DNA of 64,000 nucleotides from Deltaproteobacteria bacterium (lineage in GTDB: Bacteria; Myxococcota_A; UBA796; SXON01), in contig CANKOI010000001.1 in NCBI GenBank assembly GCA_947484175.1, positions 19,752 through 83,751 of the forward strand, in the 5' to 3' direction. The notes below the pieces were generated by a model, which saw only the letters and a program-made list of their open reading frames with translations, was not told where the DNA came from and searched no databases. Positions 10,870 to 20,455 of the stretch are shown here, one piece after another; the first letter of the stretch is position 1, and each line of letters opens with the position of its first letter. The position numbers and the translations under genes were made by a program.

Positions 10870-12879
10870 GTGCGCCCCATTCCCCTCCTCGTCGTTCTGC
10901 TGGCAGCTTGCACCGGCACCTCTGAGGGCGGCGACGGCGGAAGCCCCGCGCTGATTTCGTGGACGGACGAGGATGGCGACACCATCCTTGATTTGGACGA
11001 AGGATTTGTGGACCCGACCGAGGTGAGCGACGACACATCTGAGGAAGCAGGCGTTTCCACGGACAGCGACGGCGACGAAACCCCCGACTACCAGGACCTC
11101 GACTCCGACAACGACGACATCCCCGACATCACGGAGGCGGGCGACGACGACGTGGTCACCCTCGCGTGGGACAGCGACTTGGACGGCACCCCCGACTTTC
11201 GCGACCTCGACTCCGACGAGAACTGCATCCGCGACAACGACGAAGGCAACACCGACAAAGACGACGACGGTGTGGGCGCCTACGCCGACCTCGACGACGA
11301 CGGCGATGGCATCCTCGACACCATCGAGATCGGCGCGGATTGCGCGCGGGTCGATACCGACGGCGATGGCACCGCCGACTACCGCGACGAAGACAGCGAC
11401 AACGACGGTGCCCCCGACATCGACGAAGCCGGCACGAGCCCCTGGGAGTCGCAGCCGCGCGACCTCGATGGCGACGGCATTCCCGACTACCTCGACTCCG
11501 ACAGCGACGGCGACGGCTTCTCCGACGCCGAGGAGTCCGGCGGCGGGGAAACCCCGCTCGACACCGACGGCGACGGCATGTGGGATGGCGCCGACACCGA
11601 CGCGGATGGCGACGGCATCCCCGACGCGGAGGAGGCCGCCTACGGCACCGGCCGCCTTAACCCCGACAGCGACGGCGACGGCTTCACCGACGGGGCGGAG
11701 CTCGCGGCAGGCACCAACCCGGCCGACGCGGGCAGTGTCATCGAGGGCATCTACGTCACCGTGGAAGAGCGCACGACGGTGGAGAAGGCATTTGAGTTCA
11801 CGCTGAGCGTGAGCCAGGGCGACATCGGCTTTCTGCTCGACACCACCTGTTCCATGTCGGGAACGCTCAACTCCATGGCCAGCGAGTTTTCGCAGATCGT
11901 CACCCAGCTCAGCGGGGCCCTCCCCGACGCCCAGTACGGCGTGGCCACCTTCGACGACTACAACTACAGCAGCTACGGCACCACCGGCGACAAGATCTAC
12001 GCCCTGATGAAGCCCATCACGACGAGCACGTCGGGGGTTCAGAGCACCCTCTCCGGGCTCGGCATCCACAACGGGGTCGACGGTCCCGAGGGTTCGATGG
12101 AGGCGCTCTACCAAGCGCTCACCGGCGGTGGCTACGACATGAACTGCAATTCCAGCTACGACTCCACGAAGGATGCGAAGCCGTTCATCGCCTCGGGGGC
12201 CGACCCGTTCAACGGCGGCGGCGGGCAAAACTACGACGCAAGCGTGCCGGGCATCGGCACCGGCGGCGGCATGGGCTTCCGCCCCTACGCGCTGCCGGTG
12301 ATCGTGTACGTCACCGACAACTACATGCGCGACCCTGACTCCACCGACCGCTCGTACAACGGCAGCCCTGGCGGCTGCCCGCTCGATGCCGGTTCCGACG
12401 ATGTGGTGGCTGCTGCGAAGGCGCTCAACGCCACCCTGATCGGCATCAGCGTGTCCGGCAACCTTCCCAAGCCGCAGATGGAAGACCTCGCTACCCGCAC
12501 CAAGAGCTACGCCGACACCGATGGCGACGGCGCAGCCGACGACAAACTTGTGTTCTCCTGGAGCGGCAGCTCGGCGAGTCTCCGCACCACGATCGTCGAT
12601 GCGATCGGTGATTTGGTAGACAGCGTGCAGTTCAGCGAGGTGGTGTTGGAGGTCGAGGGCGACGACTACGGGTTCGTGAAGTCGATCAGCCCCGAGAGCT
12701 ACGCGCTCTCCTCGAGCGCCAACGGCCAGAAGCTCGACTTTGACCTCACGTTCCGGGGCGCGGTGGCCGCCTCCGACACCGACCAGACCTACAAGATCAC
12801 CCTCAACGTACTCGGCGATGGCACCGTGCTGCTCGACACCCTCGACATCTACGTTCTGGTTCCGGGGAGGTCCTACTGA
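10870..12879 (+). CDS. Lipoprotein with thrombospondin type-3-like Ca-binding repeats and a vWA-like domain
   Basis: GTG 10870 after GAGG gives VRPIPLLVVLLAAC (lipobox). About 250 aa of DxDxDGxxDxxD repeats, then a MIDAS-like FLLDTTCSMSG with vWA-like spacing. Confidence 0.7.
   Translation: MRPIPLLVVLLAACTGTSEGGDGGSPALISWTDEDGDTILDLDEGFVDPTEVSDDTSEEAGVSTDSDGDETPDYQDLDSDNDDIPDITEAGDDDVVTLAWDSDLDGTPDFRDLDSDENCIRDNDEGNTDKDDDGVGAYADLDDDGDGILDTIEIGADCARVDTDGDGTADYRDEDSDNDGAPDIDEAGTSPWESQPRDLDGDGIPDYLDSDSDGDGFSDAEESGGGETPLDTDGDGMWDGADTDADGDGIPDAEEAAYGTGRLNPDSDGDGFTDGAELAAGTNPADAGSVIEGIYVTVEERTTVEKAFEFTLSVSQGDIGFLLDTTCSMSGTLNSMASEFSQIVTQLSGALPDAQYGVATFDDYNYSSYGTTGDKIYALMKPITTSTSGVQSTLSGLGIHNGVDGPEGSMEALYQALTGGGYDMNCNSSYDSTKDAKPFIASGADPFNGGGGQNYDASVPGIGTGGGMGFRPYALPVIVYVTDNYMRDPDSTDRSYNGSPGGCPLDAGSDDVVAAAKALNATLIGISVSGNLPKPQMEDLATRTKSYADTDGDGAADDKLVFSWSGSSASLRTTIVDAIGDLVDSVQFSEVVLEVEGDDYGFVKSISPESYALSSSANGQKLDFDLTFRGAVAASDTDQTYKITLNVLGDGTVLLDTLDIYVLVPGRSY
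10964..11736 (+). repeat. Coding tandem Asp-rich (TSP3-like) repeat region
   Basis: Recurrent gacagcgacggcgacggc / gacaccgacggcgatggc units encoding D-x-D-x-D-G-x-x-D. Confidence 0.7.
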
Positions 12880-13934
12880 TGCGACACGCTCTAGCCTTCG
12901 CCCTCGGGCTCGCCGCGTGCGACAACGACAACTCGCTCTCCTACGTGCCCGACCACTTCGGCCACGGCGAGGGCGCCATCAGCGGCCGGGTGTGCGATCC
13001 GGAGTCCTACCTCTGGCTCGAGGGCGCGAGCGTCTACACCCACATCATCGACTCCGCGGGAGCCCTTCGCGACACCCGCAAGACCCTCACCGACGAGAAC
13101 GGCGAGTGGATTCTCGACGACCTCGCGGACGGCACCTACACCGTGTACGTGCAATACGGCTCCACCACCGTGGACATGTTCGACGCGGAAGTGCGGAACG
13201 GCGTCGAGTTGGAGGTGCCCAACGCCACCTGCACCGGCTCCGCCGGCACCGACGTGGCCGTGGTCTCCGGCGACTTCGACGACTTCGATGCCGTGTTGAA
13301 AAAAGCCGGACTCGGCGGCGCGCACGAGGTGGATGGGCAGCGGGGGGCCGAGCTCCTGCAATTCCTGGGCAACCTCGAGGAGATGAAGAGCTACGATGCG
13401 ATCTTCTTCGCCGGTGGCCACCTCGAAGAAGGAATCTTCTATGGCAACGAAGGCGACGAGACAGTCAGCACGGTGAAGGCGAACCTGAAGGAGTACGTCG
13501 AGGCGGGCGGCGTGGTGTACGCCAGCGACTGGAGCTACGACGTGATCGCGGAAACGTGGCCCTCGCAGATCGACTTTGTCGGCGACGGCACACCCGACGA
13601 CGCCCAGATCGGCGAGCCAGAGCTGTTGAAGTGCGAGATCACCATCAACGGCTTGGAAGAGGCGGTCGGCAAGGACACCGTGAAGATGAACCTCGACCTC
13701 GACGCGTGGCCGGTCGTGGAGTCGATCGGCGACGACGCGAAGGTCTTTTTGAGGGCCGATGCGCCGTGGCGGAAGGGCATGGAAACCGGCACGGAGAGCA
13801 ACTCCCCGTTGCTCGTGGAGTTCGAGAGCGGGAAGGGCGCCGTGGTGTTCACCTCGTGGCGCATGAGCGCCAACCTCGACGACCCCCAGCTCGACGTCGT
13901 GCGCTGGATCCTCGACCGCCACCTCGGCGAGTGA
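12879..13934 (+). CDS. Lipoprotein with carboxypeptidase-regulatory-like domain and GATase1/ThuA-like C-terminal domain
   Basis: MRHALAFALGLAAC lipobox. The ATG shares one nt with the upstream TGA. ISGRVCD..GASVY..TDENGEW..LADGTYTVYV pattern. DAIFFAGGH motif. Confidence 0.65.
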   Translation: MRHALAFALGLAACDNDNSLSYVPDHFGHGEGAISGRVCDPESYLWLEGASVYTHIIDSAGALRDTRKTLTDENGEWILDDLADGTYTVYVQYGSTTVDMFDAEVRNGVELEVPNATCTGSAGTDVAVVSGDFDDFDAVLKKAGLGGAHEVDGQRGAELLQFLGNLEEMKSYDAIFFAGGHLEEGIFYGNEGDETVSTVKANLKEYVEAGGVVYASDWSYDVIAETWPSQIDFVGDGTPDDAQIGEPELLKCEITINGLEEAVGKDTVKMNLDLDAWPVVESIGDDAKVFLRADAPWRKGMETGTESNSPLLVEFESGKGAVVFTSWRMSANLDDPQLDVVRWILDRHLGE

Positions 13935-13944
13935 ACTTCGCCGC

Positions 13945-14862
13945 GTGGGGCCGTTGCTGGAGCTCTTCAGCGGCCTCGGCGCCGCCGGCCTCGCGTGGGG
14001 CGGCCCCGTTGCCGGCGCCGTGGACCAATCGGCCGCGGCGAATGAAACCTACGCGCTGAACCACGGGCGCCGCCCCGACTGTTGGAACCTTGCCGCGGTG
14101 CGCGAGCAGCAGCTCGCCGGATTCCAAGCCCCCCGCTGGTGGCTCTCGCCGCCCTGCCAGCCCTACACCGTGCGCGGCGCGGCGCGCGACTTGGACGATC
14201 AGCGCGCGCGGGCGCTCATCCACTTGCTCCCCCTGATCCAACGGCTGCGTCCCGCGGTGATCGCCATGGAGAACGTGCCTGGATTTGTGCCTTCCCACTC
14301 GCGCGGGGAGCTGCGCGCCTGCCTCATCGGGGCCGGCTATTCGTTGCACGAGCGGCTGCTCTGCCCCACCGCGCTCGGCTTTCCGATGCGGCGGTTGCGG
14401 TACTATTTGGTGGCCCACCGGGACGCCGGTGCGCCCCATCACGCTGATTTTTCCACGCCGTGCGCACGCCCGCCCGAGCGGCCGCTGCTTGAGTTTCTCG
14501 ACCCCGATCCCGACCCCGAGCTCTGTCTGACCGAGGCCACCGTGCGGGGATTCGGACACTCAGCGCACGTGGTGGACGCCAACGACGCGGTCGCGACGGC
14601 CCATTGTTTCACGTCGGCCTACGGTCGCTCCCCCCTGCGAGCCGGAAGCTACGTGCGCGACTCGCTGGGCATCCGGCGGTTCTCCCCCGAGGAAGTCCTG
14701 CGTTTACTCGGCTTCCCGAGACCGTTCCGTTTCCCTGACGAGACGGCCCGCACGACCCGCTGGGAGCTGGCCGGCAACAGTCTCGCCATCCCCGTGGTGC
14801 GGGCAGTCTTGGCGGGCGCGGGCGTGCTTGCGCCGGCGGCGTCGGTTGTCAACGGCGCTTGA
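13945..14862 (+). CDS. Dnmt2-family cytosine-C5 methyltransferase (probable tRNA C38 methyltransferase)
   Basis: GTG start. Motif I LELFSGLGAAG, motif IV SPPCQPYT, motif VI MENVPGF, and the Dnmt2-specific CFTSAYG, RRFSPEEVLRLLGFPRPFRFP and LAGNSL. Colinear with human TRDMT1 motifs recalled from memory. Confidence 0.85.
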   Translation: MGPLLELFSGLGAAGLAWGGPVAGAVDQSAAANETYALNHGRRPDCWNLAAVREQQLAGFQAPRWWLSPPCQPYTVRGAARDLDDQRARALIHLLPLIQRLRPAVIAMENVPGFVPSHSRGELRACLIGAGYSLHERLLCPTALGFPMRRLRYYLVAHRDAGAPHHADFSTPCARPPERPLLEFLDPDPDPELCLTEATVRGFGHSAHVVDANDAVATAHCFTSAYGRSPLRAGSYVRDSLGIRRFSPEEVLRLLGFPRPFRFPDETARTTRWELAGNSLAIPVVRAVLAGAGVLAPAASVVNGA

Positions 14863-14907
14863 CGCACGCCCCCCGACCGGTAAGAAGCGGCCCCTTCCGA
14901 GGATTCC

Positions 14908-15813
14908 ATGCTGTCTCTCGTTGCGTTTCTCCTCATCGGCTGCGAGCCCCCCCCTCCCCCCGTGCCCGGCGTCATCGAGCGCACCGGCGAGGTGCTGAAG
15001 GTCGTGAACGGCCAGAACGTGACCCAAGGCATGGTGGACGCACAGGTAAAGCAGCTCCCGGCCAACGTGCGCGACTCGCTGGTGGCCCGCGGCGGCATGG
15101 ACAAACTCAAGGACAACGTTGTCATCGGAGAGCTGCTCTACCAAGAGGCGCTCAAGCAGAAGCTCGACCAGGACGCTGACGTGAAGGTGGGCATTGCCTT
15201 CGCGGAACGGAACGCGCTCGTCACCGCGCTGCTCGAGCGCACCGTGGCGGCCCGCACCACCGACGAGGCGATCAAGAAGTGGTACGACGAACACGCCGTA
15301 CAGTTCGCCCGCCCCCAGGCCAAGGCCCGCCACATCCTCGTGGCCGACGAAGCCGAGGCCAAGGCCGTCTTTGCCGAGGTTTCCGCCAACCGCGCCGGCT
15401 TCGCCGAGCTGGCCACCAAGAAGAGCACCGACAAGGGCAGCGCCAAGGAAGGCGGCGACCTCGGCTGGTTCGAGAAGGCCCGCATGGTGCCCGAGTTCGC
15501 CGAGGCCGTCTTTGCCGGCAAGAAGGGCGACCTCGTGGGGCCCGTGAAGACCAAGTTCGGCTACCACATCATCGAGATCGAAGAGATGCGCGACAGCGTG
15601 CCGGTCGATGAGGTGAAGGACAAGATCAAGGAGCAGCTGCGCAACGAGGTGATCGAGGGCTACATCGACGAGCTGAAGAAGGCCGCGACGATGACCGACC
15701 CCACGCCGGTTGCCGGAGCCACCGTCACCCCCGCCGCGGGCGGCGCCCCGGCGGCCCCCGCCCCCACCGACGCCCCCGCCTCCGGCGATCACGCCGACCA
15801 CGGGCACAAGTAA
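14908..15813 (+). CDS. Parvulin-type peptidyl-prolyl isomerase lipoprotein (PrsA/SurA-like)
   Basis: MLSLVAFLLIGC lipobox. Parvulin core ARHILV..GGDLGWF..FGYHIIE. GAGGA upstream of the ATG. Confidence 0.85.
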   Translation: MLSLVAFLLIGCEPPPPPVPGVIERTGEVLKVVNGQNVTQGMVDAQVKQLPANVRDSLVARGGMDKLKDNVVIGELLYQEALKQKLDQDADVKVGIAFAERNALVTALLERTVAARTTDEAIKKWYDEHAVQFARPQAKARHILVADEAEAKAVFAEVSANRAGFAELATKKSTDKGSAKEGGDLGWFEKARMVPEFAEAVFAGKKGDLVGPVKTKFGYHIIEIEEMRDSVPVDEVKDKIKEQLRNEVIEGYIDELKKAATMTDPTPVAGATVTPAAGGAPAAPAPTDAPASGDHADHGHK

Positions 15814-15823
15814 GCCCGCAAAG

Positions 15824-16591
15824 ATGTCCACGGTCCTCATCCTCGGCGTCTCCTCCGGGTTCGGCGCCGCGGCGGCGCGTGCGTTTGCGCGCGCCGGCTT
15901 CGACGTGGCGGGGGTGCATCTCGATCGGCGCGGCAACCAGCCCCAGGTGGATGCCGTGCGCGCCGACATCGAGGCCGCCGGCCGGAAGGCGTGGTTCTTC
16001 AACCAGAACGCCGCCGACGATGAGGGGCGGGCGCACATCGTCGCCGCGCTCCGAGAGCGCTGCGGCGAAGGCGGCGTGGCGGCCCTCCTCCACTCCCTCG
16101 CCTTCGGCTCGCTCGCGCCCTTCGTCGGCGAAAAAGCCGTCACCCGCAAGCAGCTTGAGATGACCGTCGATGTGATGGGCTCCTCGTTGGTGTACTGGGC
16201 CCAAGACCTCGTCTCCGCCGGCCTCCTCGGCCCGGGCGGGCGGATCTGGGCGATGACCAGCAGCGGCTCCCATCGGGTGTGGCCCGGGTACGGCCCCGTG
16301 AGCGCGGCGAAGGCGGTGCTCGAGGCGGCCTGCCGCCAGCTCGCCGTCGAGCTTGCTCCCCTCGGCATCACCACGAACGCGATTCTGGCGGGCGTTACCG
16401 ACACCCCGGCGCTGCGTAAGATCCCAGGATCGGAGGTCCTGGTCGCCAAGGCACTCGCGGGCAACCCCAGCGGGCGGCTCACCACCCCGGACGATGTGGC
16501 GCTGGCCCTCCTGCTCCTCATTCAGCCCGGCGCGCGCTGGATCAACGGCAACGTGCTCCGCATCGACGGGGGCGAGGACATCGCGGGGTGA
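15824..16591 (+). CDS. SDR-family oxidoreductase (enoyl-ACP-reductase-like)
   Basis: True start ATG 15824 (MSTVLILGVSSGFG, Rossmann motif). YxxxK as YGPVSAAK. C-terminal NGNVLRIDGG. Confidence 0.8.
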   Translation: MSTVLILGVSSGFGAAAARAFARAGFDVAGVHLDRRGNQPQVDAVRADIEAAGRKAWFFNQNAADDEGRAHIVAALRERCGEGGVAALLHSLAFGSLAPFVGEKAVTRKQLEMTVDVMGSSLVYWAQDLVSAGLLGPGGRIWAMTSSGSHRVWPGYGPVSAAKAVLEAACRQLAVELAPLGITTNAILAGVTDTPALRKIPGSEVLVAKALAGNPSGRLTTPDDVALALLLLIQPGARWINGNVLRIDGGEDIAG

Positions 16592-17775
16592 TGCTCCTGA
16601 TGCTGTTCGGATGCGCTCCCGATGTCCCGACTAGCGGTGGCGCGCAGCCCCCAGGCACCGGCGAGTCCGAGGCAGAACTCCCGGACGTCGCGCAGGTGCT
16701 GGAAGCGATCCAAGAAGGCGGCACCGCCGCGATGGAGCGGCTTTCCGCCGAGCACGGCTTTCCCGTACGGACCGAAGAGGGTCTGCTCGTCGTGTCCCTC
16801 GCGCGCGGGGAGTGGCAGGTGGCCGGCGACTACAACGGCTGGAGTCCGGCCGCGATGGAGTGTTCCGCCGGTCTCTGTTGGGCGCTGCTCGACGCAACCG
16901 AGGGCGGGTACAAATTCACCGACGGGGACCAGTGGGTCTCCGACCCGTGGTCGCGCCGCTACGTCGTAGACGAGTTCGGCGAACTGAGCCTCGTGGCCAC
17001 TTCCGCCGCCCATTTTGCCCGTTTCTTCGCGGTGGGGGACGCCGCGATCGTCGCCCGAACGTTGCACCTGCTCGTGCCGGCCGAGCCAATCACCCACGTG
17101 CTCTACGCTCAGGACGGCCAGAACCTCTTCGACGAGAACGCCATGTGGGGCGGGTGGCGCCTCCACGAGAGCGCGCCGCCCGGCATGTTGATCGTGGGCA
17201 TCGACAATACCGAGCACCGCTTCGACGAATACACCCACGTGTCCGACACCCTCGACGGCCAGGAGTACGGCGGGCAGGCCGACGCCTACGCTGATTTCAT
17301 CCATGAGGCCGTACGCCCGCTCATCCGAACCCACTACGGCGAGCCGGGCCCGGTCGGCGTGCTCGGCAGCTCCTTGGGCGGCCTCGTCTCGCTGCACATC
17401 GCCGATCGCCACCCGGGTGAGTTCGCCTTCGCAGCGAGCCTGTCGGGCACGCTGGGGTGGGGCAGCATCGAACTGCACAACGACACCATCCTCGAACGTT
17501 ACGCGGCGCACGGGCACCAGTCCACGTCGATCTACCTCGACTCCGGGGGCGGCGGCTCGTCCTGCGCCGACACCGACAGCGACGGCGTGAACGACGACGA
17601 CCCAGACGCCAGCGACAACTACTGCGAGACCCTTCAGATGCGCGACCTCCTCGCCTCTGCAGGCTACGAGTTCGACCAAGACCTGTGGCACTGGTGGGAG
17701 CCCGGAGCCGAACACAACGAGGCGGCGTGGGCCCAACGGGTGGCCACGCCGTTGGGGATTTTCGCGGGGATTTGA
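16588..17775 (+). CDS. Esterase-family alpha/beta hydrolase lipoprotein (enterochelin-esterase-like, N-terminal E-set/CBM48-like domain)
   Basis: GTG 16588 or ATG 16591 overlapping the upstream stop. MLLMLFGC lipobox. Nucleophile elbow LGSSLGG. Confidence 0.75.
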   Translation: MMLLMLFGCAPDVPTSGGAQPPGTGESEAELPDVAQVLEAIQEGGTAAMERLSAEHGFPVRTEEGLLVVSLARGEWQVAGDYNGWSPAAMECSAGLCWALLDATEGGYKFTDGDQWVSDPWSRRYVVDEFGELSLVATSAAHFARFFAVGDAAIVARTLHLLVPAEPITHVLYAQDGQNLFDENAMWGGWRLHESAPPGMLIVGIDNTEHRFDEYTHVSDTLDGQEYGGQADAYADFIHEAVRPLIRTHYGEPGPVGVLGSSLGGLVSLHIADRHPGEFAFAASLSGTLGWGSIELHNDTILERYAAHGHQSTSIYLDSGGGGSSCADTDSDGVNDDDPDASDNYCETLQMRDLLASAGYEFDQDLWHWWEPGAEHNEAAWAQRVATPLGIFAGI

Positions 17776-17798
17776 ACGAACGCGCTAATGGAGCGCCC

Positions 17799-20447
17799 GT
17801 GTCGTCCTGCCGTCGGAACCACCGCCTGCTGCTCCTTCTCACGGCGCCGCTGCTCCTATCGGCAGCTCCGGCGCGCGCTCCGCGCCCCCCCGAGGGGCCC
17901 CGGCCCTATGAAGAGCAGCTCAACGCCGACGTGATCGGGGCCCGCGCCGACTCCATTGTCACGACCGAAGCTTGGGCGGCCCTCCGCGCAGCCGCGCCCG
18001 CCCTTACCCACGAAGACGGCGGGCTCGACGCCGTGGCCCTGCGGGGCCCGGCCCATCCCGCCGCCCCCAAGCAGGTGCAATTCTCCTCGCCCGCCCCCGG
18101 CCCCACCACCCTGCTGGTCGGGTACTCCGGTGGGGGCGCGCGGGGCACTGACGTTCTGCGCGTCACGTCCACGGGCGCCGACGGACGCGCCAGAGTGAGG
18201 GACCTCGTCGCAGGGGAGGACGTATTTCCCTTCGAGGCCGGCGGGTCGGGCCCCGGCGGGGTGGCCGTGAGCGCCGGGCGGGGGCGGAGCCTCTCGGTCG
18301 TCCACCTCGACGCGGCCGCATCGATCACGGTGGAGGTGCGGAACCCCAAGGCCGACGTGGTGATTCTCGGGTTTGCCGCCGGCACGCTGTTGGACTCCGT
18401 CGCCGTGGAGGGCATGCCGTTCAGCGGATTCCCTTACTCGATCAGCCTGAAGACACCGGGCTCCGGCGTGCCGGCCGGGTGGGAGGTGCCGCCCGACGCG
18501 GCCGCGCAGGGGCCCATCCGGGTACAGGACGGGCACTTCGTGTTCAAAAACGGAACGCGAGCCCGCTTCTGGGGTGTGAACCTGGTGAATGCCGCGTGCG
18601 TTCCCAGCCATGAGCTGGCCGACCGGCTCGCGGCGCACCTCGCTTCGCACGGCGTGAATCTCGCCCGGCTGCACCACTGCGACTCCCTGCGCGCGGGAAT
18701 CCTGAATCCGGAGCGCAAGACGGCGGCCGACCCGCTCTTCCTCCCCGAGGGGCTGGACCGCTTCGACTACCTCGTGTCCCGGCTGCAGGCCGCCGGCATC
18801 TTCGTGCAACTGGAGGTGGCCACCAACCGGCAGTTCACCGCCGCGGACGGCGTGGTGGGCCCCGACACCTCGCTCACGAACAAGATGATGCCGATGTTCG
18901 AGCCCTCGTGGCGGGCCGCCTACTTTGTGTGGGCCGCCGCGTGGCTCGACCGCACCAACGTGTACACCGGCCGCCGGTACGCAGCCGACCCTGGAGTGGC
19001 CATGGTCGAATTGGCCAACGAGAATTCGCTGGCCATGAACTGGCTCACAGGCGCGGTGGAGCGCCTACCCGAAGGCCATCGCGCCACGCTCGGCAGCCAG
19101 TGGAACCAGTTCCTGCGCACCCGCTACGCGAGCGACACCGAGCTCGCGACCGCGTGGACCGGCAGCGTGAACCCGGGGCTGCGCGAGGGCGAGTCCCTCG
19201 GGAAAGTGCGCCGGGAGCCCAGCCAGCAGGGCACGTTCCGGAACTGGCCCGCGGGCCGAGTGGGCGACCTCTACGACTTCTACTTGGGGCTCGATACCCG
19301 GTTCTTCGCCGACCTCGCCGCCCACCTGCGCCAACTGGGCTTCACCCAGCCGCTGGTTCCGGGCATCACCTGGGACACGCCGATGATGGGGCAGGTGATG
19401 TCCGCCTTCGACGTGGTGGACGCTCACATTGAATGGGATGCCCCCGGCGGGCGAGTGCTGCGAAATGAATCGCTCATCGCGAACCCGCGCAGCCAGAGCC
19501 TGCTTGACCGCTTTCATGTGGCTCAGGCCGGCAAGCCGCTGATCGTCTCGGAGCTCAACGAAGGCTTTCCCAACGATCACATGGCGGAGGCGCCGCTCCT
19601 GTGGGCCTCGTTCGCGGCGCTGCAGGACTGGGACGCGCTGATCTGGTTCGACTACGTGAACGGCCCCATCGAGGCAGAGGGCGGCCCGGTGGCGGGCTTC
19701 GCCGACCTGAAGTCGGCCGCCACGAAGTGGGTGCAGATGCCGCTGGCGTCGGGCCTCTTTCGCAGCGGGGCGATTCCGGCGGCATCGGGACTCATCCCCC
19801 AGTGGCGGAGCGCAGCGGCCGTAAAGGCGGAGACAGTGCAGCAGGACCGGCCGGCGTGGATCGGCCTCCGCGACGTCTCAGTGCCGCTCTCAGCGCGCCT
19901 GCGGGAGAGCTACGGAGGGGAGCCGCTCCTGCCCGTTGCGGGCACTCCCGGCGCGCATGTGGGGTGGTGGCCGCTGGCGGGCCGGTACGTGATCGTAACG
20001 GAAACGCTGGAAGCCGTGCTCGGCGACCACGCCCTCGCGGGGCGAGCCGGCGAGGGCGAGGGGGCGGGCCCCACCCAAGCGCCCCACCTCGACCCCCAGT
20101 TGAGAGACCCTGCAGCCGTGAGCCTCGCCTGCGTGAGCGGCCCGCTGCCCACCTGCCGCGAAGGGCTGCTCACGGTGGCGGGGCGCATGGAGAACACCGG
20201 CATGGAGCGCATCGGTGGCGGGGAGGTGGTCCTCGAGCAGGGGGATGGTCAGGTACTCGTGGAGCGCCCCCGCGGCACCGTTCGGTTCCAGTGGCCGTAC
20301 CGCCCCGACGTTCGGCCGGTCCTCCCCTCCGGCGAGCTCGGTCCCGCCGTGCCGATCCGCCCCGACGGCGCCGGCTGGTGGGCCCTGCCGCTCGACACCG
20401 CAGGCTCCTGCCTCCTCTGGCGCATCCTGCCCGCGGGGGGCGGATAA
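17799..20447 (+). CDS. Secreted clan GH-A (GH5-like) glycoside hydrolase with large C-terminal extension
   Basis: GTG 17799 preceded by GGAG. Signal LLLLLTAPLLLSAAPARA. FWGVNLV, HGVNLARLHH, acid/base ELANENS, candidate nucleophile IVSELNEG. Confidence 0.65.
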   Translation: MSSCRRNHRLLLLLTAPLLLSAAPARAPRPPEGPRPYEEQLNADVIGARADSIVTTEAWAALRAAAPALTHEDGGLDAVALRGPAHPAAPKQVQFSSPAPGPTTLLVGYSGGGARGTDVLRVTSTGADGRARVRDLVAGEDVFPFEAGGSGPGGVAVSAGRGRSLSVVHLDAAASITVEVRNPKADVVILGFAAGTLLDSVAVEGMPFSGFPYSISLKTPGSGVPAGWEVPPDAAAQGPIRVQDGHFVFKNGTRARFWGVNLVNAACVPSHELADRLAAHLASHGVNLARLHHCDSLRAGILNPERKTAADPLFLPEGLDRFDYLVSRLQAAGIFVQLEVATNRQFTAADGVVGPDTSLTNKMMPMFEPSWRAAYFVWAAAWLDRTNVYTGRRYAADPGVAMVELANENSLAMNWLTGAVERLPEGHRATLGSQWNQFLRTRYASDTELATAWTGSVNPGLREGESLGKVRREPSQQGTFRNWPAGRVGDLYDFYLGLDTRFFADLAAHLRQLGFTQPLVPGITWDTPMMGQVMSAFDVVDAHIEWDAPGGRVLRNESLIANPRSQSLLDRFHVAQAGKPLIVSELNEGFPNDHMAEAPLLWASFAALQDWDALIWFDYVNGPIEAEGGPVAGFADLKSAATKWVQMPLASGLFRSGAIPAASGLIPQWRSAAAVKAETVQQDRPAWIGLRDVSVPLSARLRESYGGEPLLPVAGTPGAHVGWWPLAGRYVIVTETLEAVLGDHALAGRAGEGEGAGPTQAPHLDPQLRDPAAVSLACVSGPLPTCREGLLTVAGRMENTGMERIGGGEVVLEQGDGQVLVERPRGTVRFQWPYRPDVRPVLPSGELGPAVPIRPDGAGWWALPLDTAGSCLLWRILPAGGG

Positions 20448-20455
20448 GGTTTCCA

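Noticed and set aside
7320-12228. Three long minus-strand ORFs (7320..9074, 9038..11038, 10507..12228)
   Set aside because: They are antisense to the membrane protein, ABC-F ATPase (clear Walker motifs) and TSP3/vWA lipoprotein. The translations are Arg/Gly/Pro/His-rich without domains. Stop-codon-poor shadow frames.
13945-14862. C5-methyltransferase as part of a restriction-modification system
   Set aside because: No adjacent endonuclease, Vsr or specificity gene. The sequence has Dnmt2-specific CFT and C-terminal motifs rather than a DNA MTase target-recognition domain.
14704-17736. Minus-strand ORFs 14704..16521 (605 aa) and 16522..17736 (404 aa)
   Set aside because: Antisense to the PPIase, SDR and esterase genes, which have diagnostic motifs. 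No motifs of their own.
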